Below, piece after piece: positions 27,370 to 36,212 of a stretch of 64,000 nt of DNA. The notes under the pieces are model-generated. The model was not told where the DNA came from and did no database searches. It was given only the letters and a program-made list of their open reading frames with translations. Positions within the stretch are counted from its first letter, which is position 1. Every line of letters starts with the position of its first letter. The translations under genes and the position numbers were made by a program. The DNA comes from Escherichia phage JoYop: sequence record OR769032.1. One strand, 5' to 3'.

Positions 27370-28394
27370 ATCTTAGCATATTTAGATAGCCGCATTTTAG
27401 CCATTAACCCCTGGGCAATATTATTTTTCATATATTCCATAATTTGTTCAGGGGTTGCACCTTCCTTTCTAATCATATCATTAACATCTTTAGATTTCCA
27501 GGGAGATTTATCCCAAAACATAACCCTTTCTCCTGCATTGACTAATTTAGTCATTCGCTTAATTGTATCAGGATGCCGAGGTTCATTATCTAAGACCCAC
27601 ACACGTCTATCTTTAAATGGAACAACTTCTAGGTCTAATTGGCCACCCGTAATGGCTATACCATTTTCAATAAAAAGTGAGTCGATAGGTCCTTCTAGAA
27701 CATATACATCACCATCTTTAACTCGTTCAACACCGTAAATTTTTGTTGCCTCAGGATAAGCTTTGATGGTGATATATTTTTGAGGAGCATCTTTCTTTAA
27801 TGCGCGTCCTTGAAAAGACTCAGCTTTTCCGTTAGCATTATAAATTGGAATAACAAGTCTAGGTTCAGAAATTTCCTTTTTGTATGTTCCTGGAGCTATG
27901 CTATTAACTAATTTAGGCCATTCAGATGTAAACCAAAGATACTTCCATTTATCCTTTGGAATACAACGAGCTTTTACATATTTTATAATTGGATGGTCTT
28001 CCGCCAGTTTATCTAATCTAATGCATGACGGAAGAGATTTAATTATTTTCTTCTCAGGTTGTTTAGGAAGTTCTTTAGGTTTTTCTACTGGACGACTTTT
28101 ACCTTTTTCTTTTCTTATTTCAAAGATATACTCACGATATAAATCAGGTTCAAACTCCTTTAAATATATTCCGATTGGTGCATGATAGTTGCAGTTATAA
28201 CAATGAATATTTCCTTCATTATTATCGCCATAATACCATCCACGGGCTTTATTTTGATCGGTTTTTGAATCTCCACAAACAGGGCATCTAAACCGTAATT
28301 TAAAAGTTGAACTATTATTTACTTGTGTAAATTTAGGTAAATGAGCTAATGCACGGTATGCAAACTCATTATCAATCCAAGGTATTGATGACAT
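27366..28394 (-). CDS. 61: DNA primase gp61
   Basis: 342 aa; zinc-ribbon CPVCGDSK...CYNCNYH; same size as T4 gp61. Confidence 0.9.
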   Translation of the reverse strand: MSSIPWIDNEFAYRALAHLPKFTQVNNSSTFKLRFRCPVCGDSKTDQNKARGWYYGDNNEGNIHCYNCNYHAPIGIYLKEFEPDLYREYIFEIRKEKGKSRPVEKPKELPKQPEKKIIKSLPSCIRLDKLAEDHPIIKYVKARCIPKDKWKYLWFTSEWPKLVNSIAPGTYKKEISEPRLVIPIYNANGKAESFQGRALKKDAPQKYITIKAYPEATKIYGVERVKDGDVYVLEGPIDSLFIENGIAITGGQLDLEVVPFKDRRVWVLDNEPRHPDTIKRMTKLVNAGERVMFWDKSPWKSKDVNDMIRKEGATPEQIMEYMKNNIAQGLMAKMRLSKYAKI

Positions 28395-28396
28395 TT

Positions 28397-28561
28397 TTAC
28401 TCTTCTTTTTCTTTAGATTCCTCTTTTTTCTTTTTAGGAATCTGCTCAGGACCTTTATTTACTACAGCGCCTGACGTTGTTCCAGTGGAGATATTTTCAG
28501 GATTACCACCTGAATCTCCAGCGACCATATCTTCTTTGATAAATTCTTTATACGTTTTCAT
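28397..28561 (-). CDS. hypothetical small lysine-rich protein (54 aa)
   Basis: Manual translation MKTYKEFIKEDMVAGDSGGNPENISTGTTSGAVVNKGPEQIPKKKKEESKEKEE. Confidence 0.35.
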   Translation of the reverse strand: MKTYKEFIKEDMVAGDSGGNPENISTGTTSGAVVNKGPEQIPKKKKEESKEKEE

Positions 28562-28562
28562 A

Positions 28563-28919
28563 TTAACCTCTATTCATAAAAGCATTAAAAATTTGGTCAT
28601 CAATCGACGGAATAGCAACCTTTTCTGCGTTATTTAGCAAATCATTAATTTCATCAGATAGCATAACACATGTACCTTTATTTCCTGTAATTGTTACTGC
28701 GCAATTACGAACGTTTTCTTTATCAAATTTTAGGTTAATATTTTCGTAGTGAAAATCCTTTAATGCTGAATATATTTTTAAAATAAAATTATCTTTTACT
28801 ACAATAAAACCGACTTCACTGTTAAAACGCGGCTCATGAAAACTGTAATAAACCTTTTCATCTATAAAATCGTATGAAATTTTTTCCATTTTTAAATATG
28901 GAAATTCAGAACTATACAT
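28563..28919 (-). CDS. hypothetical protein (118 aa)
   Basis: Track ORF between sp and gene 61. Confidence 0.5.
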   Translation of the reverse strand: MYSSEFPYLKMEKISYDFIDEKVYYSFHEPRFNSEVGFIVVKDNFILKIYSALKDFHYENINLKFDKENVRNCAVTITGNKGTCVMLSDEINDLLNNAEKVAIPSIDDQIFNAFMNRG

Positions 28920-28931
28920 ATTAACCTCTAA

Positions 28932-29225
28932 TTATTCACCTACCACTTCAGCGATGATATTTTTATTATTAAAGTTTTTATCGCAATACAAAACATAATT
29001 ATACTGCATTACACCGCCAGATTTAAGCTGTTTTTGCACTTCAGCTTTCATTTCAGGACGATCGCGCTCAACGATATTCATAATATCTGCTTCAATTTGA
29101 GTTTCAACCTCAGTCTGATCTGCAGTCATAGACCACTCACATAAATCTTTATCATAACCCGCCATAGCAGGCTGAGCAGTACAAGAAGCCAAAGCAAAAA
29201 TTGCAGCAAAAACAAATTTTTTCAT
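28932..29225 (-). CDS. sp: Spackle periplasmic protein
   Basis: 97 aa with signal peptide MKKFVFAAIFALASCTAQPAMAGYDKD; same size and position as T4 sp. Confidence 0.75.
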   Translation of the reverse strand: MKKFVFAAIFALASCTAQPAMAGYDKDLCEWSMTADQTEVETQIEADIMNIVERDRPEMKAEVQKQLKSGGVMQYNYVLYCDKNFNNKNIIAEVVGE

Positions 29226-29251
29226 GATAATCTCCTCAGTAGTTTATGTTT

Positions 29252-29281
29252 ATAGTATCTCAATTTTCAACAAAAGTAAAC
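29252..29281 (-). promoter_or_regulatory. early promoter upstream of sp
   Basis: Coding strand GTTTACTTTTGTTGAAAATTGAGATACTAT. Confidence 0.5.
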
Positions 29282-29328
29282 ACTAGTAGAAGCAAACAGA
29301 CAAATTGCAATAATTGGTGATTTCAGTT

Positions 29329-29511
29329 TCATTCTTCTCCTCCTTCATGTTGATGAACATATTCTTTTTCAAGTCTAGAGCACAAGTTTTCATATTCAAC
29401 TAATAAAAGTGAATCAAGTGCGTTATTTCTATGCTGACACCGTTCTTGTAAAGAATCCATTTCTGAGCGTTGTTCTTGTGTTAATAATTGATAACCTGAT
29501 ACTTTAGACAT
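29329..29511 (-). CDS. hypothetical protein (60 aa)
   Basis: Track ORF trimmed to the ATG after leader GGAGAACAAA (MSKVSGYQLLTQEQRSEMDSLQERCQHRNN...). Confidence 0.5.
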   Translation of the reverse strand: MSKVSGYQLLTQEQRSEMDSLQERCQHRNNALDSLLLVEYENLCSRLEKEYVHQHEGGEE

Positions 29512-29547
29512 TTTGTTCTCCATTTACTCGTTTGTTTTGATAGGTCT

Positions 29548-29576
29548 ATAATAACATGTTTAAAACAAAAGTAAAC
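29548..29576 (-). promoter_or_regulatory. early promoter
   Basis: Coding strand GTTTACTTTTGTTTTAAACATGTTATTAT upstream of ORF 29329..29511. Confidence 0.45.
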
Positions 29577-29830
29577 TATTTTATTTCCTCAAGTTCGTTA
29601 ATCAATAAAAGTTCTCTGACGCTAAAAACAAAGAAAAATGTGTTCCCATCAACCAGAGCATGACCGCTAATAGAACACCCTCTGCGGAATTTAGAAACTT
29701 CACAATCTAGAACTGTAAAGGGTTTTAATCCTATGACTTTAGCTGTGCGTCTATTCAGTTCACAACCACTCGCGAATTTTTCCAAATCTTCTTCTGATTT
29801 AAACTGATATTCTCTATTAACTAGCATCAT
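29576..29830 (-). CDS. hypothetical protein (84 aa)
   Basis: Track ORF with its own early promoter. Confidence 0.5.
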   Translation of the reverse strand: MMLVNREYQFKSEEDLEKFASGCELNRRTAKVIGLKPFTVLDCEVSKFRRGCSISGHALVDGNTFFFVFSVRELLLINELEEIK

Positions 29831-29861
29831 TTTCTTTTCTCCGCGATTAGCTGATAGAATT

Positions 29862-29891
29862 ACTATAACACAACTCTATCAGCTTGTAAAC
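29862..29891 (-). promoter_or_regulatory. early promoter
   Basis: Coding strand GTTTACAAGCTGATAGAGTTGTGTTATAGT. Confidence 0.45.
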
Positions 29892-29914
29892 TACTATTTT
29901 ACTAGCATCAATAA

Positions 29915-30178
29915 CTATTTCTCTAACTTGACGATTTTACGAAAGTATCTTTTGCATTGACGAATCTGTCGCTTAGTAGGGCGCACAGCAAACTTAATAA
30001 ATTCCACTCGACCGAATGGAGGGTTTTCTTCTGATGGAATATCTAACACCAATTCCCACGTATCTGCGATAAGTGCTTTGAATTGAGTATTTTTCCTAAC
30101 GTTATACGGAGTAGGCTTAAATAAAACTATATGCATATTATCCTCGGCAATCCACTTCACACACTTTCTTGTCATCAA
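29915..30178 (-). CDS. hypothetical basic protein (87 aa)
   Basis: Track ORF; overlaps dmd-like ORF by 41 nt, true start may be internal. Confidence 0.45.
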   Translation of the reverse strand: MMTRKCVKWIAEDNMHIVLFKPTPYNVRKNTQFKALIADTWELVLDIPSEENPPFGRVEFIKFAVRPTKRQIRQCKRYFRKIVKLEK

Positions 30179-30320
30179 TGAAAGCTTTAACTAGCGCTTT
30201 ATTAACTTCAGCATATTGAGTAGTAGCCCATTGAACATCATCTTTCATCATTGTGATTTCTTTAGTAAACATGCTTTCATTCTTAAACCACCCCATAAAA
30301 ACTACCTTTACCAATTCCAT
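30138..30320 (-). CDS. dmd: Dmd-like protein (60 aa), antitoxin against RnlA-type toxins
   Basis: 60 aa and immediately next to gene 41 as T4 dmd; own early promoter; assignment by position/size. Confidence 0.55.
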   Translation of the reverse strand: MELVKVVFMGWFKNESMFTKEITMMKDDVQWATTQYAEVNKALVKAFIDDKKVCEVDCRG

Positions 30321-30349
30321 AACAATCTCCTCATTTAACCAACAAGACT

Positions 30350-30379
30350 ACTATACCATAGTCTTGTCAGCTTGTAAAC
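30350..30379 (-). promoter_or_regulatory. early promoter upstream of dmd-like gene
   Basis: Coding strand GTTTACAAGCTGACAAGACTATGGTATAGT; -35 overlaps gene 41 stop. Confidence 0.5.
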
Positions 30380-31806
30380 TAAAATTTTAATTCATTCGCC
30401 AAAGCATCTAACTGAGCTCGAGTCGATTCATTTCTTTGATAGCGATTCTGCTCAGCCTGAATCTGCTGCGAACCTGCCACTTCATTCACTTCGGTTGGAG
30501 TAGAATCTTGTTCAATTTCTACCCATTTTTGATTTCCTTTTTGAACACCCATTAAAAACTTATTCCATTTATTCTTATCACCATATCGTGATTTGATTTG
30601 CTTAATGAGTTGCTGTTCAGCAGCTGCTAACTCCTCGGTTTCAATGACCGCAAGCATAAAATCGGCTGTCGCTGGAAGACCAGCAGATTCTGCGATATCA
30701 CTCATGTTAACATCAGAAGAGTCCCAAGCTTGCTTACCAACCTGTGCTGCAGTCCAAAGAACAGTTTCGGTTTCAACAGCCAGAGCACGTAATTCCTCTG
30801 CAATAGCTTTAACAGTTGTGTAACTATTTTCTGAATAAACTCGGATGCGACACGATTTACAAATACCCAAATAGTCGACAATAATGATTGTTGGAACAAA
30901 ATTCTTCTTGAGCTTCAATTCGTTTAAAAGTGATCGAAATGTATTAGCGTCTGCTCCACCAGTAGGATACTGTTTAACGATTAAACGACCGAGAGTAGAT
31001 TTCTCACGCCATTTTTCCATTTTTCCTTTATACTCAGCGTAAGAAATATGCCCATCATCAATGTCATCAAGAGAAACATCAAGCATATTAGCATCAATAC
31101 GCTTAGCACAGACTTCTTCAGCCATTTCCATGGAAATGTAAAGAACATTATGTCCAAGCTGTAAATAATCCGCTGCTAGTGAACACAATCCTAATGACTT
31201 ACCAACGTTAACGCCAGCCATTAAAACATTTAGTGTTCCAGTCTCAGCTCCGCCTTTAGTAATTTTGTTCAGAATTTTTAGTTTAAATGGAACCTTACGA
31301 GCTTTATTCATATAAGATAGCCAACGTGCTTCATAGTCATCCATCCAATCATGACCAACGTAACTATCAAATGAAATAGATAATGCTTGCCGCATGATGT
31401 CAGGAATGGCACCTACATCTGGCATTTTCTTATTTCGTTTTTCCGGAGGAAGCTCAGCATTAGTTTGAATTTCAATTATTTTAGATGTGGCGTTAAACAT
31501 CGCCCTTTGCTGAACATATTTTTCTGTTTCTTTTACTAACCAGCTGTGGTCTTCCGGAGAATCAGCTAGTTTTGAAATAAGTGTTTTTACACCAGAATAT
31601 TCTGTTTCAGTAAATGAACTATTTTCTAATGCAACATTTAACGCATTAATAGATGGAACGCTATGGTACTCATCGACATGAGATTTAATTAATTTGAATG
31701 TATTTTTAGCTGGACCACTTTCAAAATATTCTGAATCCATATATGGCCAAACTTTTGAAAAATAAGCTTGATCAAATATGAGATGAGAAAGAATAATTTC
31801 TACCAC
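30379..31806 (-). CDS. 41: replicative DNA helicase gp41 (DnaB family)
   Basis: 475 aa; Walker A GVNVGKS; same size as T4 gp41. Confidence 0.9.
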   Translation of the reverse strand: MVEIILSHLIFDQAYFSKVWPYMDSEYFESGPAKNTFKLIKSHVDEYHSVPSINALNVALENSSFTETEYSGVKTLISKLADSPEDHSWLVKETEKYVQQRAMFNATSKIIEIQTNAELPPEKRNKKMPDVGAIPDIMRQALSISFDSYVGHDWMDDYEARWLSYMNKARKVPFKLKILNKITKGGAETGTLNVLMAGVNVGKSLGLCSLAADYLQLGHNVLYISMEMAEEVCAKRIDANMLDVSLDDIDDGHISYAEYKGKMEKWREKSTLGRLIVKQYPTGGADANTFRSLLNELKLKKNFVPTIIIVDYLGICKSCRIRVYSENSYTTVKAIAEELRALAVETETVLWTAAQVGKQAWDSSDVNMSDIAESAGLPATADFMLAVIETEELAAAEQQLIKQIKSRYGDKNKWNKFLMGVQKGNQKWVEIEQDSTPTEVNEVAGSQQIQAEQNRYQRNESTRAQLDALANELKF

Positions 31807-31815
31807 ACTTACTCC

Positions 31816-32160
31816 TTAAAAGAATTTAAATTTTTTCTTTGACCTTTTATTAAATGCATCTTGTAGTTGCATTGTAATACATTTTTCTACATGAGGAGCT
31901 AACTCAGCTTTTCTTTCTTGGTCAAGAACAGCAAAGTCCATTACAACCTTTCCATCAACCCAATCTAATTTTGTCACATACACAATGTGTGTAGAACCGT
32001 CTTCTAGTTTAATGACAATCTCCTGGATAACATTTTCCATAGCGGATTTAATTATCTTAAGAGATTCATTAAAAAGACGTTCTTTTCTTTCTTCTTCCCC
32101 CTCCGAAGAGGGGGATTCATCGATAATTTCTAGATCTAAATCTAAATCATCTTTATTCAT
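31816..32160 (-). CDS. 40: head vertex assembly chaperone gp40
   Basis: Track ORF trimmed to the ATG 3 nt after the uvsX stop (MNKDDLDL..., 114 aa, the T4 gp40 length). Confidence 0.7.
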   Translation of the reverse strand: MNKDDLDLDLEIIDESPSSEGEEERKERLFNESLKIIKSAMENVIQEIVIKLEDGSTHIVYVTKLDWVDGKVVMDFAVLDQERKAELAPHVEKCITMQLQDAFNKRSKKKFKFF

Positions 32161-33334
32161 TAAATTCTTCCATATCACTTAACTGATCTAGGTCAGTTTC
32201 TAAATCAGCTGCTGATTTACTTTTACTTTCTGGAAATTTAAATTTTTCAACCTTTGAGTTAATTAATTCATCAACTTCAGCTTCAACAATTTCATTACTA
32301 TCAATAGCACCTAACTGATAAGCACGTTTAATAGCATCTCGGAATGGTTGATGCTTAAATAAAGGACCCCAGAATGTAGTACAGTTGGTATCTTTTGCAC
32401 GCCAAGATTTTTCTTCGCGAATCATCTCGCCGGTTTCTTCATCAAGAAATTCACGAGCATACCAACCATTTTTAGGTTTTACTACAAATCCTAATTCTAG
32501 AGCCATATCTAACAATCCAGAATAAGGATCGATACCACCGTCAAATTTAACATCAATAAAGAATTTACTTTTTTCTTTAACGGTACGAGATTTTTCTACA
32601 TTTAGAACAAATTGATACCCCTGAAGATCAGAACCATCTTTAATCTGGCGCTTACCGATAATGAATACGGTATCAGCCGAATACATTACGCCTGTACCAC
32701 CTGTCATCACGGTTTTACTAAACATTTCAATTGTTTCAATTGTATGGTTAACCGCAACACATGGAATATTTTTAATGCTAAAATAAGGAGTAACAATACG
32801 GAATAATGACTTCAGCGATTTAGCACGAGTCATATCTGCCACAGATTTTTCATTCAAGGCATCTTCCGTTTCTTTCTTAGAAGCCATATTACCGATTGAG
32901 TCGATGAAAACAATAACCTTTTCACCACGCTCAATAGCTTCAAGCTGATTCACCATATCAATTTTCAGTTGTTCAACTGACTGAATTGGTGTATGAATTA
33001 CTCGTTCCGGGTCAACACCCATGGATCGCAAATAAGCTGGAGTAATACCAAATTCGCTATCATAAAATAGACAAACCGCGTCAGGATATTTGTTCAAATA
33101 CGCCGCAACCATAGTCAAAGACATATTTGATTTAAAGTGTTTAGAAGGACCTGCAAAAATAGTTAAACCAGACTGCATACCACCATCAATCGCACCAGAA
33201 ATAGCGATATTAAGCATTGGGATTTTTGTGCGAATTACATCCTTTTCATTAAAGAATTTAGATGTAGTCAGTTCAGCAGTCATTTTAGAAGTGGAAGCTT
33301 TAATCAAACGGGATTTTAAATCTGCAATAGACAT
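32153..33334 (-). CDS. uvsX: UvsX recombinase (RecA/Rad51 family)
   Basis: 393 aa; Walker A GPSKHFKS; near-identical to recalled T4 UvsX. Confidence 0.9.
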   Translation of the reverse strand: MSIADLKSRLIKASTSKMTAELTTSKFFNEKDVIRTKIPMLNIAISGAIDGGMQSGLTIFAGPSKHFKSNMSLTMVAAYLNKYPDAVCLFYDSEFGITPAYLRSMGVDPERVIHTPIQSVEQLKIDMVNQLEAIERGEKVIVFIDSIGNMASKKETEDALNEKSVADMTRAKSLKSLFRIVTPYFSIKNIPCVAVNHTIETIEMFSKTVMTGGTGVMYSADTVFIIGKRQIKDGSDLQGYQFVLNVEKSRTVKEKSKFFIDVKFDGGIDPYSGLLDMALELGFVVKPKNGWYAREFLDEETGEMIREEKSWRAKDTNCTTFWGPLFKHQPFRDAIKRAYQLGAIDSNEIVEAEVDELINSKVEKFKFPESKSKSAADLETDLDQLSDMEEFNE

Positions 33335-33411
33335 TCATTTTTTCCATAGGCATCATTATATTTTCCTCACTGGTTAAAGATAAAGTAATTATAACACAAT
33401 AAATTTAGGCA

Positions 33412-34260
33412 TTAATCAACTGCTATTGGATGAATAGCATTAAACTTATGAAATGCTTCTGATTTTTCTTTACGCGAAACACACATGCGAAGAACCTTTA
33501 ATGGCTCGTCTTCTTCACCCAACGATTTTCGCTTTTCAATATTAGATGTTTTCCAACGAGCTTGCTCTGGAAACTCTTTATTAATTTGCTCAAGCGCTCT
33601 ATTATGTTTAGAATTACTACGAATTGAACTACACCCACCCGGAGCCTGTGCTTTTCCAGATACAACCAGATATTTGAACAAGGCCAAATGCGGATAACCT
33701 TGATTAATTAAATTGAGAAATGCATACATATCTTCGCATAAATCAATTTTTCCATACCCAATTTGTTCTGTCGTAAGTTTTCCGAGGTCATACCATGTAT
33801 TCGTGAATCCATATGAATTTTCACGATAATTACCCCAAGATGAAGTAATTTTAAAAATTGGTAGACGAGCATGGCCATGATAATACCCACAATCCATAGC
33901 ATCTTCAACGTATTGAATTAATTCGTAGAATTGTTCACGGGTTAATTGATTGACTTTATCTACACAACGACGATCGTCTCTTTTTCGCATTGAGCTCATA
34001 CGAATCGTAGTATCATCGTCAATCATCCAGATTCGTTGACCTGCATACATATCAGTAATTGCTTTACGAGTACCAGCAATTCCATTTACATCATCAGGAA
34101 TGGTTATAATTTTAGCTCTAGACCCGTAAGCGTCATAATAAGCTTTTTCTTCATGTTCACGTACTACGATATGAGGTTCATAATCAGTCGGAAACATATC
34201 AAGGGCAGAAACTGCCCCTACGCGTTGATAGCTTGGAATTACAAATTGAATCATTTCCAC
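33412..34260 (-). CDS. candidate DNA glucosyltransferase (GT-A fold, DxD motif); occupies the T4 beta-gt position but is 282 aa
   Basis: Motif RIWMIDDDTT; located between uvsX and gene 42; size consistent with the beta-glucosyl-HMC alpha-glucosyltransferase of T2/T6 as I recall it. Confidence 0.5.
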   Translation of the reverse strand: MEMIQFVIPSYQRVGAVSALDMFPTDYEPHIVVREHEEKAYYDAYGSRAKIITIPDDVNGIAGTRKAITDMYAGQRIWMIDDDTTIRMSSMRKRDDRRCVDKVNQLTREQFYELIQYVEDAMDCGYYHGHARLPIFKITSSWGNYRENSYGFTNTWYDLGKLTTEQIGYGKIDLCEDMYAFLNLINQGYPHLALFKYLVVSGKAQAPGGCSSIRSNSKHNRALEQINKEFPEQARWKTSNIEKRKSLGEEDEPLKVLRMCVSRKEKSEAFHKFNAIHPIAVD

Positions 34261-34991
34261 TCACCGTTATAATCTTTTTTCATAATATGAGTTTCGCCAG
34301 TATTCCACCAATGATCAACCAAGTAAAAATGACGGGAATATACATGAAGACTTCCAACATTCCATATAATAGAACCTGCTTTATACTGACGAGTTGAATC
34401 GCCTGCATTCAAATCAGATACTAATTTATCTAGTACGTATTTTTGCCATGCATAGTCATTACGGAATCCGAAGACCACGTCATTTGAGCGCATGCTAACA
34501 ACTGCATTGATTTTCTTGTCACGAATCAAGTATTGTACTGTATTCGTGCACATGAAATCTGACATACCATCTTTATTGTAGTCAAATTGCATGGATGGAC
34601 GAGTATAAATCATGATACCACGTCGAGAATCAGGATTTTGACCAAGTTCAGCTAAGCACATATCATACTGGGCATAGTTATCTTCTGACCAGATAGCCCA
34701 ACCATAATTCGAGTTAATTTCGCCTTTAGAAGATGCTACCTGTTGCCAAATCTTTGGTGTTTCACCTGGAATATCTTTAACAAACAGGCTTTGAGACTTG
34801 TACCATTCAAGTTCACGCTGAATGTATTCATCATTAAGAGCACCAAAAATAAAGGGTTCATCTGCTACAAATGATGCGCCAATAATTTCAATAGTTTTAA
34901 CACCAGTTTTATCAATTACGAAATCTTTTTCCTTTAATGCAGTTCCCAAATAAAGACGGATTTCTTCAACTGTCATAGAGTCATTAATCAT
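34251..34991 (-). CDS. 42: dCMP hydroxymethylase gp42
   Basis: 246 aa, thymidylate-synthase-like; same size and position as T4 gp42. Confidence 0.85.
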   Translation of the reverse strand: MINDSMTVEEIRLYLGTALKEKDFVIDKTGVKTIEIIGASFVADEPFIFGALNDEYIQRELEWYKSQSLFVKDIPGETPKIWQQVASSKGEINSNYGWAIWSEDNYAQYDMCLAELGQNPDSRRGIMIYTRPSMQFDYNKDGMSDFMCTNTVQYLIRDKKINAVVSMRSNDVVFGFRNDYAWQKYVLDKLVSDLNAGDSTRQYKAGSIIWNVGSLHVYSRHFYLVDHWWNTGETHIMKKDYNGEWK

Positions 34992-35144
34992 TTAAACCTC
35001 AATTGATGCATTCATATTTAAATTGTAACAGTAATAAACCCCACCCTATGATAAGAGTTGGAATCATAACAGGAACTGTTACGCTATAGTATATACTTAT
35101 TATAACCATCAAGATTAAAAGCAACACTGCTATAATTTTGCTTT

Positions 35145-35396
35145 TCATTCTTTCTCTCTGATGATAATTACTTGATTTGGCTGTGCAGACTTTTTGGTTT
35201 CACCCGCAATTGACCAAATAAATGTAATAAACCAACCGATAATTGACCAGTTAAACAGTAAAGACGTGAAAAAGATTCCTACTGTCGATTTTGACCCACG
35301 CATCAAGGCAATGAACCATGGAAGCATGTATATAATAATAGCCAACACGCCTGAAACTAAAACCATAAAAATTGAACCTGCTACTAAAGTTTCCAT
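35145..35396 (-). CDS. imm: Imm superinfection immunity membrane protein
   Basis: 83 aa, two TM segments, METLVAGSIFMVLVSGVLAIIIYMLPWFIALMRG... matches recalled T4 Imm. Confidence 0.85.
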   Translation of the reverse strand: METLVAGSIFMVLVSGVLAIIIYMLPWFIALMRGSKSTVGIFFTSLLFNWSIIGWFITFIWSIAGETKKSAQPNQVIIIREKE

Positions 35397-35403
35397 ATTT
35401 TCC

Positions 35404-35784
35404 TCACTTAGTCAAATTTTTTACACATGAATTATAAGAATTCACCACATACTCCATCGGAGCATTTTTACCTGTACGCCATTGGTAATTATTAGCCCAA
35501 TTTGCCCAAAGTTCAGCGCAATAATTTTCAATTTTTTCTTCGTGTGTAATTACATCTGAATTACGATATGCTTGAGCAGATTCATCTGGGCGAATAGCTT
35601 CGTCAAAATTCGCCTGCATTTGTTCTACTGTCTGCTTTGGAGCTTCTTTATAACACTTGACATTAGGATTATAAAATTTGCTTGAGCAGTTTACAATTTT
35701 TCCTACATCAGATTGATTTACTACCGGTCCTTGAGCTACACAACCAGTAAGACCCAATGCAATAACCAAAATAGCGATTTTCAT
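35404..35784 (-). CDS. putative lipoprotein (126 aa)
   Basis: Signal peptide with lipobox LTGC (MKIAILVIALGLTGCVAQ). Confidence 0.55.
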   Translation of the reverse strand: MKIAILVIALGLTGCVAQGPVVNQSDVGKIVNCSSKFYNPNVKCYKEAPKQTVEQMQANFDEAIRPDESAQAYRNSDVITHEEKIENYCAELWANWANNYQWRTGKNAPMEYVVNSYNSCVKNLTK

Positions 35785-35794
35785 AACAATTTCC

Positions 35795-36031
35795 TCAAAT
35801 GCAAGTAGTAATTACACCTGTAGTGCTCACACATGTATTCCCTAATTGAACACCTAAAGATCCGTTAGTATTCATATGAAGATTATCACCAATTTTAGTT
35901 GATACTTTCCCATTCATATGAATAATAACACTAGATTCAATAGGAGTCTGAATATCATTTTCAACATCAATAAATGGAATTGTTGCTAATGCAACTAAAC
36001 AAACTGCTAAGCAACCATAAACAATTTTCAT
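35795..36031 (-). CDS. small secreted protein (78 aa)
   Basis: Track ORF trimmed to the ATG after leader GGAGAACAAA (MKIVYGCLAVCLVALATIPF...); signal-peptide-like N-terminus. Confidence 0.5.
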   Translation of the reverse strand: MKIVYGCLAVCLVALATIPFIDVENDIQTPIESSVIIHMNGKVSTKIGDNLHMNTNGSLGVQLGNTCVSTTGVITTCI

Positions 36032-36095
36032 TTTGTTCTCCAAATCCGTATCAGTTGATAGTTGTATAGTACCATGGAAGAACAGTGATGTAAAC
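36032..36095 (-). promoter_or_regulatory. early promoter plus leader cassette (type A)
   Basis: Coding strand GTTTACATCACTGTTCTTCCATGGTACTATACAACTATCAACTGATACGGATTTGGAGAACAAA-ATG. Confidence 0.6.
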
Positions 36096-36183
36096 AGTTT
36101 TGTGAAAAAATTTTCAATGAATTCTAAAGACCCAGAATCATCTGTTTTTCACAAGTATAGATTTATATTACTTGTATGAAAAA

Positions 36184-36199
36184 GGGACCCGGAGGTCCC
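36184..36199 (-). terminator. terminator hairpin after gene 43 (GGGACC-UCCG-GGUCCC)
   Basis: Perfect 6-bp GC stem downstream of the gp43 stop. Confidence 0.5.
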
Positions 36200-36212
36200 T
36201 AGATTTATTCTA

